From: an uncultured cyanobacterium
GTDB lineage: Bacteria > Cyanobacteriota > Cyanobacteriia > PCC-6307 > Cyanobiaceae
Direction of reading: 5' to 3'
NCBI GenBank assembly: GCA_963697335.1
Contig: CAVONQ010000001.1
Location: 21,243 to 85,242, forward strand
Length of the DNA stretch: 64,000 nt
Shown here: positions 19,373-29,072 of the stretch, in pieces
How the letters are laid out: each line of letters opens with the position of its first letter
How positions within the stretch are numbered: position 1 is the first letter of the stretch
The notes under the pieces: model-generated
Seen by the model: the letters and a program-made list of their open reading frames with translations, nothing else
The model's database searches: none
What the model was told of the DNA's origin: nothing
Position numbers and translations under genes: made by a program

Positions 19373-20187
19373 CAGCCCACCTCCAACGGGTGACGCTCGG
19401 CGCCCGCCTCAAGGCGGGCGACCTGCTCGTCCACCCAGTCGTAGCCGGTGCGCTCCAACTCCAGAGCCAGCTCCTTGCCGCCGCTGCGCAGGATCCGGCC
19501 CGCGGCCATCACGTGCACGTAGTCCGGGGTGATCACGTCCAGCAGGCGCTGGTAGTGGGTGATCAACAGGGTGGCGTTGTCGGGGCTGGCGAGCTGGTTG
19601 ACGCCGCCGGCCACGATGCGCAGGGCATCGATGTCGAGCCCGGAATCGGTTTCATCGAGGATCGCCACCACTGGCTCCAGCAGGGCCATCTGCAGGATCT
19701 CATTGCGCTTTTTCTCACCGCCACTGAACCCCTCGTTGACGCTGCGATCGAGGAAGGCAGGATCCATCTGAACCACCGCCAGGCGCTCCCGCACCAGATC
19801 CTCGAAGGCGAAGGTGTCGAGTTCCTCGGCGCCTTGCTGGCTGCGGCGGGCGTTGGTGGCCACCCGCAGGAACTCGAGATTGCTCACACCAGGAATCTCC
19901 ACCGGATACTGGAAGCCGAGGAAGAGGCCGATGCGGGCCCGTTCTTCCGGATCCAGCTCCAGCAGGTTCTCGCCGCGGTAGTGGACCGAGCCGCCTGTGA
20001 CGCTGTAGGCGGGATGACCCGCCAGCACCTTGGAGAGGGTGCTCTTGCCACTGCCGTTGCGGCCCATGACGGCGTGCACCTCACCGGCTCGGATCGTGAG
20101 GTTCACCCCCTTGAGGATGGGCTGATCCTCCACCGAAGCCTGCAGGTCGCGAATCTCTAGGAGTACGGGGGCGTCTGGGCGAATCAC
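19372..20187 (-). CDS. sufC: Fe-S cluster assembly ATPase SufC
   Basis: Walker [10 protein letters not shown], signature [13 protein letters not shown] and Walker [11 protein letters not shown]. Confidence 0.92.
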   Translation of the reverse strand: MIRPDAPVLLEIRDLQASVEDQPILKGVNLTIRAGEVHAVMGRNGSGKSTLSKVLAGHPAYSVTGGSVHYRGENLLELDPEERARIGLFLGFQYPVEIPGVSNLEFLRVATNARRSQQGAEELDTFAFEDLVRERLAVVQMDPAFLDRSVNEGFSGGEKKRNEILQMALLEPVVAILDETDSGLDIDALRIVAGGVNQLASPDNATLLITHYQRLLDVITPDYVHVMAAGRILRSGGKELALELERTGYDWVDEQVARLEAGAERHPLEVG

Positions 20188-20270
20188 AGGAAATCAGGAA
20201 TGGAACGGCAGCTGAACTGAACTGGGCTGAACTGAAGAGTGGAGCAAAGGGGATGCCGGAAGGACGGGGC

Positions 20271-21710
20271 CTAACCCACCGATCCCTCCAACTTGAGGGC
20301 CAGCAGCTTGTCAGCTTCGGCGGCAAACTCCATCGGCAGCTGGTTGAACACATCGCGACAGAAGCCGCTCACCATCATCGAGACGGCCTCTTCAAAGCCG
20401 ATCCCCCGGCTCTGCAGATAGAAGAGCTGGTCTGCCGAGATGCGGCAGGTGCTGGCCTCGTGCTCCACAGCGGCGTCGGGCTGCTGGCAGCGGATGTAGG
20501 GATAGGTGTTGGCAGCCGCCTGATCGCCGATCAACATCGAATCGCACTGGCTGTAGTTGCGGGCACCAATGGCGTTCGGGCCGATCTGCACCAGGCCGCG
20601 ATAACTGTTGGAGGAATGGCCCGCACTGATGCCCTTGCTCACGATCGTGGAGCGGGTGCGGGGGCCCACGTGCACCATCTTGGTGCCGGTGTCAGCCTGC
20701 TGACGGTTGTTGGTGAGGGCCACAGAGTAAAACTCCCCCACGGAATCAGCGCCCTGCAGCACACAACTGGGGTATTTCCAGGTAATGGCTGATCCGGTTT
20801 CCACCTGGGTCCAACTGATCTTGCTGCGCGCGCCCCGGCATTGGCCCCGCTTTGTGACGAAGTTGTAAATGCCTCCCACTCCGTTCTCATCACCGGCGTA
20901 CCAGTTCTGGACGGTGGAATACTTGATGGAGGCATCATCGAGAGCCACCAGCTCCACCACGGCGGCGTGGAGTTGGTTGGTGTCAAACATCGGGGCCGTG
21001 CAACCCTCGAGGTAGCTCACGGAGGCGCCCTGCTCAGCCACGATCAAGGTGCGCTCAAACTGGCCCGTGTCGCCGGAGTTGATGCGGAAATAGGTGGAGA
21101 GCTCCATCGGACAGGCCACCCCCTTGGGGATGAACACGAAGGAGCCATCACTGAAGACAGCGGAATTGAGTGCCGAGAAAAAGTTGTCGTTGGTTGGCAC
21201 CACCGTGCCCAGATAGGCCTCGATGAGCTCGGGAAAATCCTTCACGGCCTCGCTGATCGAGCAGAAGATCACGCCGTCCTCGGCAAGCTTTTCGCGAAAC
21301 GTGGTGGCGATGGACACGCTGTCGAAGACGGCATCCACAGCCACATTGGAGAGGCGCTTTTGCTCGCCCAGGGGGATGCCGAGCTTGTCAAAGGTTTCCA
21401 GAAGCTTGGGGTCCACCTCATCGAGGCTGGCTTTTTTATCCTGCTGCTTGGGAGCGGCGTAATAGATAATCTCTTGATAATCAATGGCCGGATGGCCCAG
21501 CGCGGCCCAATCGGGCTCCTGCATCTTCAGCCACTGCCGGTAGGCACGCAAACGGAAATCAAGCAGGAACTGAGGTTCCTCCTTCTTCGCCGAGATCAGC
21601 CGAACCACGTCCTCGCTGAGACCCTTGGCAATCTTCTCGGTTTCAATATCAGTGACGAAACCGTACTTATACGGTTGAGAAACAAGTTCTCCGACGGTGG
21701 CTGTGGACAT
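20271..21710 (-). CDS. sufB: Fe-S cluster assembly protein SufB
   Basis: 479 aa and highly conserved. Recognised segments: [27 protein letters not shown] and LFYLQSRGI. Confidence 0.92.
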   Translation of the reverse strand: MSTATVGELVSQPYKYGFVTDIETEKIAKGLSEDVVRLISAKKEEPQFLLDFRLRAYRQWLKMQEPDWAALGHPAIDYQEIIYYAAPKQQDKKASLDEVDPKLLETFDKLGIPLGEQKRLSNVAVDAVFDSVSIATTFREKLAEDGVIFCSISEAVKDFPELIEAYLGTVVPTNDNFFSALNSAVFSDGSFVFIPKGVACPMELSTYFRINSGDTGQFERTLIVAEQGASVSYLEGCTAPMFDTNQLHAAVVELVALDDASIKYSTVQNWYAGDENGVGGIYNFVTKRGQCRGARSKISWTQVETGSAITWKYPSCVLQGADSVGEFYSVALTNNRQQADTGTKMVHVGPRTRSTIVSKGISAGHSSNSYRGLVQIGPNAIGARNYSQCDSMLIGDQAAANTYPYIRCQQPDAAVEHEASTCRISADQLFYLQSRGIGFEEAVSMMVSGFCRDVFNQLPMEFAAEADKLLALKLEGSVG

Positions 21711-21728
21711 GTTGGGGAAAGCGGTGGA

Positions 21729-22091
21729 TCAGCCGGCGGCGAGGCTTTTGATTTCTTCGATGCTGATGGACTGCTTCTCACCGCGGAAAGGGTTGTCTTC
21801 GGTGAGGAACAGCATGCAGTGGCACTCCTTGCGTTCCCGCATCGGCACACAGGGGCAATTCCAGAAGGCCTGCGCCACTTCAGCCTCCTTGTCTTCGTAG
21901 TGGCGGCAGGGGCAAAGAGCACCGCCAAGGTCGTCCTTGTGCCGTGCCAGGCCCTCCAGCACCACCGCCGTGACCCCAGGATCACTGCAGAAATAGGTGC
22001 CGGTGCGCTGGGCATAGGTCTCCGCAAACTTCCGGATCACCTCCAGGCTCTCGGGGCTGGGTGCGGAGCTGGGGGCGGCGGAATCAGACAT
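21729..22091 (-). CDS. ftrC: Ferredoxin-thioredoxin reductase catalytic subunit
   Basis: Diagnostic CPC/CHC cysteine array: CPCRHYEDKEAEVAQAFWNCPCVPMRERKECHCMLFL. The start is the internal ATG at 22091. Confidence 0.85.
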   Translation of the reverse strand: MSDSAAPSSAPSPESLEVIRKFAETYAQRTGTYFCSDPGVTAVVLEGLARHKDDLGGALCPCRHYEDKEAEVAQAFWNCPCVPMRERKECHCMLFLTEDNPFRGEKQSISIEEIKSLAAG

Positions 22092-22558
22092 GGAGGGGAA
22101 GGGACGACAGAGAGAAGACGGGGCAGGGCCGACAGGCACGGCAGAGCGGGTCTGGACTGGGAAGCAGGGCTGGGTGCGCCGATCAAAACCAGCTGCCAGG
22201 CCGGGTTGAGCGAGGAGACCAGGATCCGCTAGGGGGACGGACAACCTGGCCGAAATCGCTGATATACGAAACCATCAGGTTTCCTTTTTCGCAGCTTAGG
22301 GCACGGATCAGGGGCCTGGGTGCTCGCCCATTGTGCCGTCCAGGTGAGGGCCGGCGGGTCTGGCCACCCAATCGCCACGAACCCGTGGCATGGTGTTGGG
22401 GACCGGTGTCGTTGATGCGATTCCCTATCGCTTCGCGCACTTTGAGCAAAGCATTCGTTTCAGGTTCAGCCCCGGATGGCCTCGCCACTCCAGCCAACCG
22501 CGCCACCTTCGCGGCTCCCTTCGCGGCTGTGGGCCGTCCCCCAGCCCCCGGCGCCGCA

Positions 22559-23209
22559 GTGAACAGCGCGGACACCACACCCTCCTCCACCCGGGAGGCG
22601 GCCCTGGCCCTTCTCCTGCGGCATGGGGAGTCCACGGCGGCGGCGTTGGCGCGTCATCTGGGGGTGTCCGTTCAGGTGATGCGGCGCCATCTGCGCACGC
22701 TGGAGGAGGAGGGGCTGGTGCGCTCCAGCCTCAGTGCGGCCGGTCCTGGGCGCCCGAGCAACCAGTGGCATCTCACCGCCCAGGGCCAGGGCAGATTTCC
22801 AGACGGCAGCGAGGATTTTGCCCTCGGCCTGCTCCAGTCGATGACCGAGTCGCTCTCCGAGGAGACCGTGAACCTGCTGCTCTGCCAGCAGGGAACCCAG
22901 AAAGCCCAGTCCTATCGCCGGCATGTGGGGGCAGGCAGCCTTCAGGAGCGGCTGGAGCGGCTGGTGGATCTGCGGCGGCAGGAGGGCTATGTGGCCGAGT
23001 GCTGCCCCGATCCCGATGGCCACTCCTGGGTGATCCAGGAATTCCACTGTTCCGTGATGCGGATCGCCGAGCAGTTTCCCTGCGTCTGTGATCAGGAACT
23101 GCGCCTGATCCGCGAAACCTTTCCCGATTGTTTGGTGGAGCGGGTGCAATGGCGGCTGGAGGCCGGGCACTCCTGCGGGTTCCGGCTCCAGCCCGTCCTC
23201 TCCCCCTGA
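22559..23209 (+). CDS. sufR: Iron-sulfur cluster biosynthesis transcriptional regulator SufR
   Basis: N-terminal winged HTH (STREAALALLLRHGESTAAALARHLGVSVQVMRRHLRTLEEEGLV) and C-terminal Cys ligands (AECCPD, CSVMRIAEQFPCVCDQE). A GTG start at 22559 gives about 216 aa, typical of SufR. Alternative starts are GTG 22529 and ATG 22415. Confidence 0.75.
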   Translation: MNSADTTPSSTREAALALLLRHGESTAAALARHLGVSVQVMRRHLRTLEEEGLVRSSLSAAGPGRPSNQWHLTAQGQGRFPDGSEDFALGLLQSMTESLSEETVNLLLCQQGTQKAQSYRRHVGAGSLQERLERLVDLRRQEGYVAECCPDPDGHSWVIQEFHCSVMRIAEQFPCVCDQELRLIRETFPDCLVERVQWRLEAGHSCGFRLQPVLSP

Positions 23210-23220
23210 GCTCTCCCCCC

Positions 23221-23598
23221 ATGCCAGGGATGCAAGGTCCGCTCAGCACCATTGAACTGGAGGAGCTGGAGGCCACCCTGCTGCCAGCCCTGGAGCGCCA
23301 TCACCTCAGGTTGCTGGCCCATGGCCTGCGCACCCTGCAGGCGATCGCCGGACGGCGCGAGGGGCCGCCCCCCGATCGTGCCGCTCTGGAGCACTGGGCC
23401 AGCGGCGTGCCGCAACTGAACAACGATCCCGCTTTTCAGCGGTCCTTTCTCGACCAGCTCGAGGCCGCAGGCCGCCAGCTCGAGGCGATGGCGGCGAGCC
23501 TGGGCAGCACGGCCCTGGCCCTGGAGCTCTCTGAGCTCTGCCGCAGCGCCAAGGCCGCCGCAGATCAGCGCCTCAGGATCGAACCGGACCCAACCTGA
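23221..23598 (+). CDS. Hypothetical protein (125 aa), probably co-transcribed with sufR
   Basis: ATG lies 11 nt after the sufR stop. The composition is helical. I recognise no family. Confidence 0.45.
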   Translation: MPGMQGPLSTIELEELEATLLPALERHHLRLLAHGLRTLQAIAGRREGPPPDRAALEHWASGVPQLNNDPAFQRSFLDQLEAAGRQLEAMAASLGSTALALELSELCRSAKAAADQRLRIEPDPT

Positions 23599-23620
23599 AG
23601 CCCCCCGGCGCCAGAACCGT

Positions 23621-24526
23621 TCAGCCCACCAGGAGCACCACCCCAGCCAGGGCCGCCAGGGCCGCCAGCCACCCGCTCAAGAGCGGCCTGTCCCCCTCCA
23701 GTGGCGCCACCAGCATCGCCATCACGGGCGCCGTGGCCAGCAAAGACACCGCCAGCCCTGCCGGCAGCCGGCTCAGGGCCACTTGTTGCAGTCCGATCCC
23801 AGCCGTCGTGCCGAGCAGGGTGGCCACCAGCACCTGCCCCCAGAAAGGGCGCATCGAGCCGGCCCCGTGGGCGCACCGGCCGGCCGGTCGGCGCCAGCGC
23901 CGCACCAGGCCGGGCAGCAACGGCAGCATCACCACGCTGGCGGCGGCCAGGCGCAGGCCCGTGGCCGCAAGGGGGCTGATCGCCCCGTCCTGGAGGGCCG
24001 CCCGAGCCAGAAGGGCACCAGCACTGCCACAGACCATCGCCGCTGCCGCCAGCAACAGGCCGGCCGCAGCAGGCCCGTCAGCCTCAAGCGCTGCGGGGGT
24101 GGTCTGACGGGCCACCAGCACCAGGGCCACACTGATCAGGCCGATCCCGGCCCACTGCTGCAGGCCCAGGGCCTCCCCAAGCAGGAGTGCCGCCACCGCT
24201 GCCGTGAGGGCGGGCCCCCCGGCCTCCAGCGTGAGGGTGCGGCGGGTGCCAAGGCGTCGCAGGGCCGCGAAAAAGAGGCTGTCGCCCGCCGCGATGCCCA
24301 GCACCCCACTGACGGCCAGCAGGGCCAGGCCCCTGCCAGGCAGGCTGGAAAGGCCGCGGGTGGCCACAACCAGAGCCAGGGGCACGGCCAGCATGGCCAG
24401 GGCCAACAGGTTCTTGAGCAGGTTCAGCCGCGCCGCTCCCAGGGACGGGGGGAGCCGTCGCCACAGGCTGCTGGCCAGGGTCCAGCCGAGGGCGGCCCCA
24501 AGCGCCGCCGCCACGCCGATCACCAC
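23621..24526 (-). CDS. EamA/DMT family transporter
   Basis: 301 aa with about 10 hydrophobic helices in two similar halves, the typical EamA duplication. GTG start. Confidence 0.8.
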   Translation of the reverse strand: MVIGVAAALGAALGWTLASSLWRRLPPSLGAARLNLLKNLLALAMLAVPLALVVATRGLSSLPGRGLALLAVSGVLGIAAGDSLFFAALRRLGTRRTLTLEAGGPALTAAVAALLLGEALGLQQWAGIGLISVALVLVARQTTPAALEADGPAAAGLLLAAAAMVCGSAGALLARAALQDGAISPLAATGLRLAAASVVMLPLLPGLVRRWRRPAGRCAHGAGSMRPFWGQVLVATLLGTTAGIGLQQVALSRLPAGLAVSLLATAPVMAMLVAPLEGDRPLLSGWLAALAALAGVVLLVG

Positions 24527-24575
24527 CTCGCTCCGCCCGCTGGCTTGCGATCATCGTGCCAACTGCCGACCCAGC

Positions 24576-25181
24576 GTGACTGACGCCATCGCCGATGCCC
24601 TTGGCTTCTTCCGGCTGAGCTGCGGCCGCTGGCGCTCCCAGCGCAGCAGCCACCACCTGCTCCACCGTCGGGCGGAAGCCGGCGGCTCCTGGATCGAGGT
24701 GGTGGAACTTGCCGCTGACGATCCGCGCCTGATCGCCATCGCCGAGCTGCACGGCCAGCCCCCCAGCGGCCTGGTGGGGGGCTGCCGGGTCACCTGGAAC
24801 GCCTCGATGGCCTGGGACCAGGCCGGCGAGGCCCACGAGGGCGAGAGCGTCTTCGGACTCATCCCCACCGATGCGGCAGGCCGCCAGGGGCTGCTGCTGC
24901 GCGACAGGGGCTATGCGGAAACTGCTCCGGTGGCCGGCCACTTCGCCATGGATGAGCGCGACGGGCTGCTGCTCACCACCAGCTACGAGACGATGAACAG
25001 CCTGGAGCGATTCAGCTTTGCCGGACCCAACGTGCGGCTGCGCACCAGCACCGTGGAGGGCCTGTCCAACACCGCGTCGTTCTGTGTGGAAACCAGAATC
25101 CTGGCTGATCCCCAGCCCGCCGCCGGGGCAGCCATGGAGCGCGGCAAGGACGGGCAGAGCCTCTCGCCGCTGGGCTGGTAA
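24576..25181 (+). CDS. cpcS: Phycobiliprotein chromophore lyase, CpcS/CpeS family
   Basis: Family N-terminal signature FFRLSCGRWRSQRSSHHL. The lipocalin-like remainder shows ESVFGLIP, RDRGYAE and ERFSFAGPNVRLRTS. GTG start at 24576. Confidence 0.75.
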   Translation: MTDAIADALGFFRLSCGRWRSQRSSHHLLHRRAEAGGSWIEVVELAADDPRLIAIAELHGQPPSGLVGGCRVTWNASMAWDQAGEAHEGESVFGLIPTDAAGRQGLLLRDRGYAETAPVAGHFAMDERDGLLLTTSYETMNSLERFSFAGPNVRLRTSTVEGLSNTASFCVETRILADPQPAAGAAMERGKDGQSLSPLGW

Positions 25182-25269
25182 ACGTTACGGACTGTGAGTC
25201 CTGCCGGGGCTGCGGCGGTGGGGCTGCTGCGGCACTTCTACGATCACGGCCGACGGATGCTGAAAACGC

Positions 25270-26028
25270 GTGGCCCTGCCCCTCCTGAAGTACGCACCCA
25301 CCACCCAGAACTCACGGGTGGACCCTCTGCGGGTGGGTTCTGATGAGGATCCCAAAGCTGCGTCCATGGACAAAGCCATCGACCGCGAAGATCAGAATTT
25401 CGTGATCGAAGCGGCGTACCGCCAGATTTTCTTCCACGCTTTCAAGGTGGATCGCGACCGCACCCTCGAGTCGCAACTGCGGGACGGTCAGATCACGGTG
25501 CGGGATTTCATCCGCTCCCTGTGCCTCTCCGACACCTTCAACCGCAGCTTCTACACCCTCAACAGCAACTACAAAGTGGCCCGCCACCTGGTGGAGAAGC
25601 TGCTGGGTCGTCCCACCCATGGCAAATCTGAGGAGATCGCCTGGTCGGCCGTGCTGATGACCCGTGGTGTCAAGGGCATGGTGGACGACATCCTCGATTC
25701 CGAGGAGTACCTGGGCAGCTTCGGCTACGACACCGTGCCTTACCACCGCAACCGGGTGGTGGGCAGCCGAGATCTGGGCGAGACACCGTTCAACATCACC
25801 AGCCCCCGCTACGACGCCTACTACCGCAACATCCTGGGCTTCCCCCAGGTGGTGTACACGGGCACAGCCAAGGCCTACCCGCAGCGCTCCCGCCAGCGCC
25901 GTGGCGGCTTCCCCGAGGACTATCTCCCCTGGGTGCGCAGCCTGCCGGCGATGCGTGCCACCAGCGCCGCCTCCGCTGCCGACATCAACTACCTGGCCAA
26001 GGTTCCCTACCGCAGCATCGGCCGCTGA
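25270..26028 (+). CDS. cpcG: Phycobilisome rod-core linker polypeptide CpcG
   Basis: The N-terminus ALPLLKYAPTTQNSRV and the PBS-linker domain (IEAAYRQIFFHAF...RDGQITVRDFIRSL..S..F) fit CpcG, as does the length of about 250 aa. Confidence 0.85.
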   Translation: MALPLLKYAPTTQNSRVDPLRVGSDEDPKAASMDKAIDREDQNFVIEAAYRQIFFHAFKVDRDRTLESQLRDGQITVRDFIRSLCLSDTFNRSFYTLNSNYKVARHLVEKLLGRPTHGKSEEIAWSAVLMTRGVKGMVDDILDSEEYLGSFGYDTVPYHRNRVVGSRDLGETPFNITSPRYDAYYRNILGFPQVVYTGTAKAYPQRSRQRRGGFPEDYLPWVRSLPAMRATSAASAADINYLAKVPYRSIGR

Positions 26029-26053
26029 CGCCCCTGCCGCAGACTCACAGACC

Positions 26054-26077
26054 AAGCGGCCCCTGGGCCGCTTTTTT
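26054..26077 (+). terminator. Rho-independent terminator after cpcG
   Basis: AAGCGGCC-cctg-GGCCGCTT stem followed by a T-run (cttttttc), 26 nt after the cpcG stop. Confidence 0.6.
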
Positions 26078-26249
26078 CATGGCGGTTGCCGGGACCGTGT
26101 TGGCTGGGGTGGGCTCCACCGGGAGGGCCGCCGTGATCCCCAGGGCGTCCGGAGCGTGAGTCCTGGTCAGTGGATGCTGACCCCATCGCTGCGGACAAGG
26201 CCGTTCGGGGAAAAGTGCTTCACACTGATCCCAAACGAAACCTTACGCA

Positions 26250-27395
26250 GTGAGCCAAGCCCTGTCCTCTTTGGCCCGCATGACCCTCCGGCAACTGCGC
26301 CAGATTGCCAGCGATCTGGGCGTGAGCCTGTACAGCCGCAAATCCAAGGATGAGCTGGTGTCTGAGATCGAGGCCCGCAAGGACGACCAGTCGGACGAGG
26401 GCTTCGGCCAGGTGCAGGGCAGTGCTGCCTCCCAGGGCGAGAGTCCATCGCTGAAGTCGATTGAGGCCGACATGCCGCCGGCCCCCCGGCCCGCGGCCGA
26501 GACCAGCGTGGTGTTCCTGCCCCGGGACCCGCAGTGGGCCTATGTGTTCTGGGACATCACCGAAGCCGATCGCAACACCGCCTTTGCCGCCGGGGCCAAT
26601 CAGCTCTGCCTGAGACTTGCCGATGTGACGGGCCTCTCCGGCGGTTCCGCCCACCCCCATACCCTCCAGGAGGTGGTCGTCGACAGCCATGCCACTGAGT
26701 GGTATTTGCCGGTGCCCCTGAGCGATCGCGATTACCGGGTTGAGCTCGGCTACCGCAAGGGCTCCGCTGGCGGCTGGATTTCGCTGGCCTTCTCCTCCGT
26801 TGCCCGGGTTCCAGCCCTCCACCCCAGCGAACAGATCCTGGATCAGTTCGTTCCCTTCACCCTCGACACCAGTGCGCCGGCTCCGGCGGCGATTACTGCA
26901 GCTGCAGCGCCGTCGACCTCCCCTGCAGGCGGTGATCAGGATCTGCACGAGCGTCTCTACCAGAGCGCCACATCCCAGTGGCGTCGCATCAGCCGGGGCT
27001 CCGAGGCCTTCCACGAGCTCGACACAGCGGGCTTTGAGAGCGGCGGGCTGAATGCCTCTGGTGTGGGCATCTGGTCCAGCGGCCGCAGCGAGTCTGGCAT
27101 CGGCGGCGTGGCTCCGCGCCAGCGGTCCTTCTGGCTGGTGGCCGATGCCGAACTGATTGTCTACGGTGCTACGGACCCCTCGGCAAAGCTCGCGATCGGC
27201 GGCGAGGACGTGCCCCTGTCTGCCGACGGCACCTTCCGCGTGCAGGTGCCCTTCCGCGACGGTCGCCAGATCTATCCGATCGAGGCCGTTGCCACTGACG
27301 GTGAGCAGAAGCGCAGCATCACACTCGAATTCAGTCGCACCACCCCCGAAGACAACAGCAACCCGGCCGACCAGGCTGTGGCTGAGTGGTTCTGA
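26250..27395 (+). CDS. DUF4912 domain protein with an N-terminal Rho_N/SAP-like motif
   Basis: GTG start. The N-terminus LRQLRQIASDLGVSLYSRKSKDELVSEIEAR is Rho N-terminal-like. It is followed by VVFLPRDPQWAYVFWDITEADR, typical of DUF4912. Confidence 0.65.
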   Translation: MSQALSSLARMTLRQLRQIASDLGVSLYSRKSKDELVSEIEARKDDQSDEGFGQVQGSAASQGESPSLKSIEADMPPAPRPAAETSVVFLPRDPQWAYVFWDITEADRNTAFAAGANQLCLRLADVTGLSGGSAHPHTLQEVVVDSHATEWYLPVPLSDRDYRVELGYRKGSAGGWISLAFSSVARVPALHPSEQILDQFVPFTLDTSAPAPAAITAAAAPSTSPAGGDQDLHERLYQSATSQWRRISRGSEAFHELDTAGFESGGLNASGVGIWSSGRSESGIGGVAPRQRSFWLVADAELIVYGATDPSAKLAIGGEDVPLSADGTFRVQVPFRDGRQIYPIEAVATDGEQKRSITLEFSRTTPEDNSNPADQAVAEWF

Positions 27396-27401
27396 CCTGA
27401 G

Positions 27402-27602
27402 TTGACCGTGCCCACCCCCGCCACACCTCTGCGCCTCGTGGTTGCCCTCACCCCGGTCGCCGGGGCCCTCGCCTTCCCGGTGGCGGTGCCCCTGGTGCTG
27501 CGCTGGGTGGGGTTGCCGGCAGCGGTACTCACGGCCGTGGTGGTGGGAACGCTGTGGTTCGTGCTGATGCTGCGCACAGCTGAGATGCCCTCGCACCACT
27601 AG
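27402..27602 (+). CDS. Small hydrophobic protein (two TM), hypothetical
   Basis: 66-aa ORF with a TTG start 7 nt after the upstream stop. It is very hydrophobic and I recognise no family. Confidence 0.3.
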   Translation: MTVPTPATPLRLVVALTPVAGALAFPVAVPLVLRWVGLPAAVLTAVVVGTLWFVLMLRTAEMPSHH

Positions 27603-27661
27603 GGTTCTGGCCCTGACTCCTCGCTTGAGGCAACACTGCCCTCAGCCGTGGACATCCGTAG

Positions 27662-29056
27662 ATGGCAGGTGTGCTTCCATCGGGTCTGGCTCTGCTGCTG
27701 GGCGCGGGACTGCTGGCGGGCTGCACAGCGGTAGCCAGGATTGGCGGGGCCCCTGAGCCCGAGCCACCGCTGCCGGCGGGCTTCACCGTGGCCTTCAACC
27801 ACCGGCTGGGCAACCGCTACCGGAGCCCGGTGAGCGGCGAATGGCGCCAGGGCGACGACCTGGAGGCGATGCTGCTGGGCGCCATCGCCTCCGCCCGTCA
27901 CAGCATCCTGGTGGCTGTGCAGGAACTCTCCCTGCCCCGGGTGGCCGAGGCCCTGGTGGCCCAGCAACGGCGCGGCATCAGGGTGCAGGTGGTGCTGGAG
28001 AACACGTACAGCCAGGCGTGGTCGGAGCAGCACCTGGCCGACCTTTCCGCCCGGGACCGGCAGCGGCACCAGCAACTCCAGGCCCTCGGCGGGGGAGATG
28101 CGGTGGCGATCCTGCGGCGCGGCGGCGTGCCGATGCTGGATGACACCGCCGATGGCAGTGCCGGCAGTGGCCTGATGCACCACAAGTTTCTGGTGATCGA
28201 TGGGGCGGTGGTGGTGACGGGCTCCGCCAACTTCACGGCGTCGGGGATTCATGGCGATGCGGGCGCCCCCCAGACCCGCGGCAACGTGAATCACCTGCTG
28301 CAGATCGAGAGCCCGGAGCTGGCCGCCCTGTTCAGCGCCGAATTCGACCGCCTGTGGGGGGATGGTCCCGGGGGTGCAGCTGACAGCCGCTTCGGCCTGG
28401 GCAAGGACAGCCCCGGACTGCAGAGGGTGCGGGTGCGGGGCACCCCCGTGGCGGTGCTGTTCGCGCCCCATCGGCGCCGGGATACCGCCAATGGCCTTCA
28501 GCAGCTGGACAGCCTGCTGAAGCAGACGCGCCGCAGCGCCGATCTGGCCCTGTTCGTGTTCTCCGATCAGCAGCTGGGCGACACCCTGGGACAGCTGCAC
28601 CGCCGCGGCGTGGCGATCCGGCTGCTGGCCGACCCGGGCTTTGCCAACCGCTCCTTCAGCGAAGTGCTGGATCTGCTGGGGGTGGCCTTGCCCGATCACC
28701 GCTGTGCCCTGGAGGCGGGCAACGCCCCCCAGCGCAAGCCCCTGGAGGGAGTCGGCACCCCGCGCCTGGCCGCCGGCGACAAGATGCACCACAAGATGGC
28801 GGTGCTCGACCAGCGGACCGTGGTCACGGGCTCCTTCAACTGGAGCCCGAGTGCCGCCCACCAGAACGATGAAACCCTGTTGATCATCGAGTCGCCCCAG
28901 CTGGCGGCCCATTTCAGCCGGGAAATCGATCGTCTCTGGAAAGGGGCGGAGCTCGGCATCTCCGCCCGGCTGCAGCGCAAGCGCGACCGCCAGCAGCAGC
29001 TCTGTGGCCGCGGCCGGCAGCGGCTGGTCCAGGATGGCCCCGTACGATCTGGCTAG
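27662..29056 (+). CDS. Phospholipase D-like (two HKD motifs) lipoprotein
   Basis: Signal and lipobox LLGAGLLAGC. The two HKD motifs are HHKFLVIDGAVVVTGSANFT and HHKMAVLDQRTVVTGSFNWS. Confidence 0.8.
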   Translation: MAGVLPSGLALLLGAGLLAGCTAVARIGGAPEPEPPLPAGFTVAFNHRLGNRYRSPVSGEWRQGDDLEAMLLGAIASARHSILVAVQELSLPRVAEALVAQQRRGIRVQVVLENTYSQAWSEQHLADLSARDRQRHQQLQALGGGDAVAILRRGGVPMLDDTADGSAGSGLMHHKFLVIDGAVVVTGSANFTASGIHGDAGAPQTRGNVNHLLQIESPELAALFSAEFDRLWGDGPGGAADSRFGLGKDSPGLQRVRVRGTPVAVLFAPHRRRDTANGLQQLDSLLKQTRRSADLALFVFSDQQLGDTLGQLHRRGVAIRLLADPGFANRSFSEVLDLLGVALPDHRCALEAGNAPQRKPLEGVGTPRLAAGDKMHHKMAVLDQRTVVTGSFNWSPSAAHQNDETLLIIESPQLAAHFSREIDRLWKGAELGISARLQRKRDRQQQLCGRGRQRLVQDGPVRSG

Positions 29057-29072
29057 ACAAGCTCCACTGCCG

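Noticed and set aside
16895-19393. 832-aa plus-strand ORF.
   Set aside because: It is antisense to sufS and sufD, both strongly supported by motifs and operon context. It is a shadow ORF.
24204-24575. 124-codon extension upstream of cpcS.
   Set aside because: It is antisense to the EamA transporter gene. The CpcS family signature begins right after GTG 24576.
27662-29056. PLD-fold protein as a phage-defence nuclease.
   Set aside because: A lipoprotein signal places it outside the cytoplasm. It has no partner ATPase, helicase or methylase genes, and its neighbours are ordinary. A lipid or envelope role is more parsimonious.
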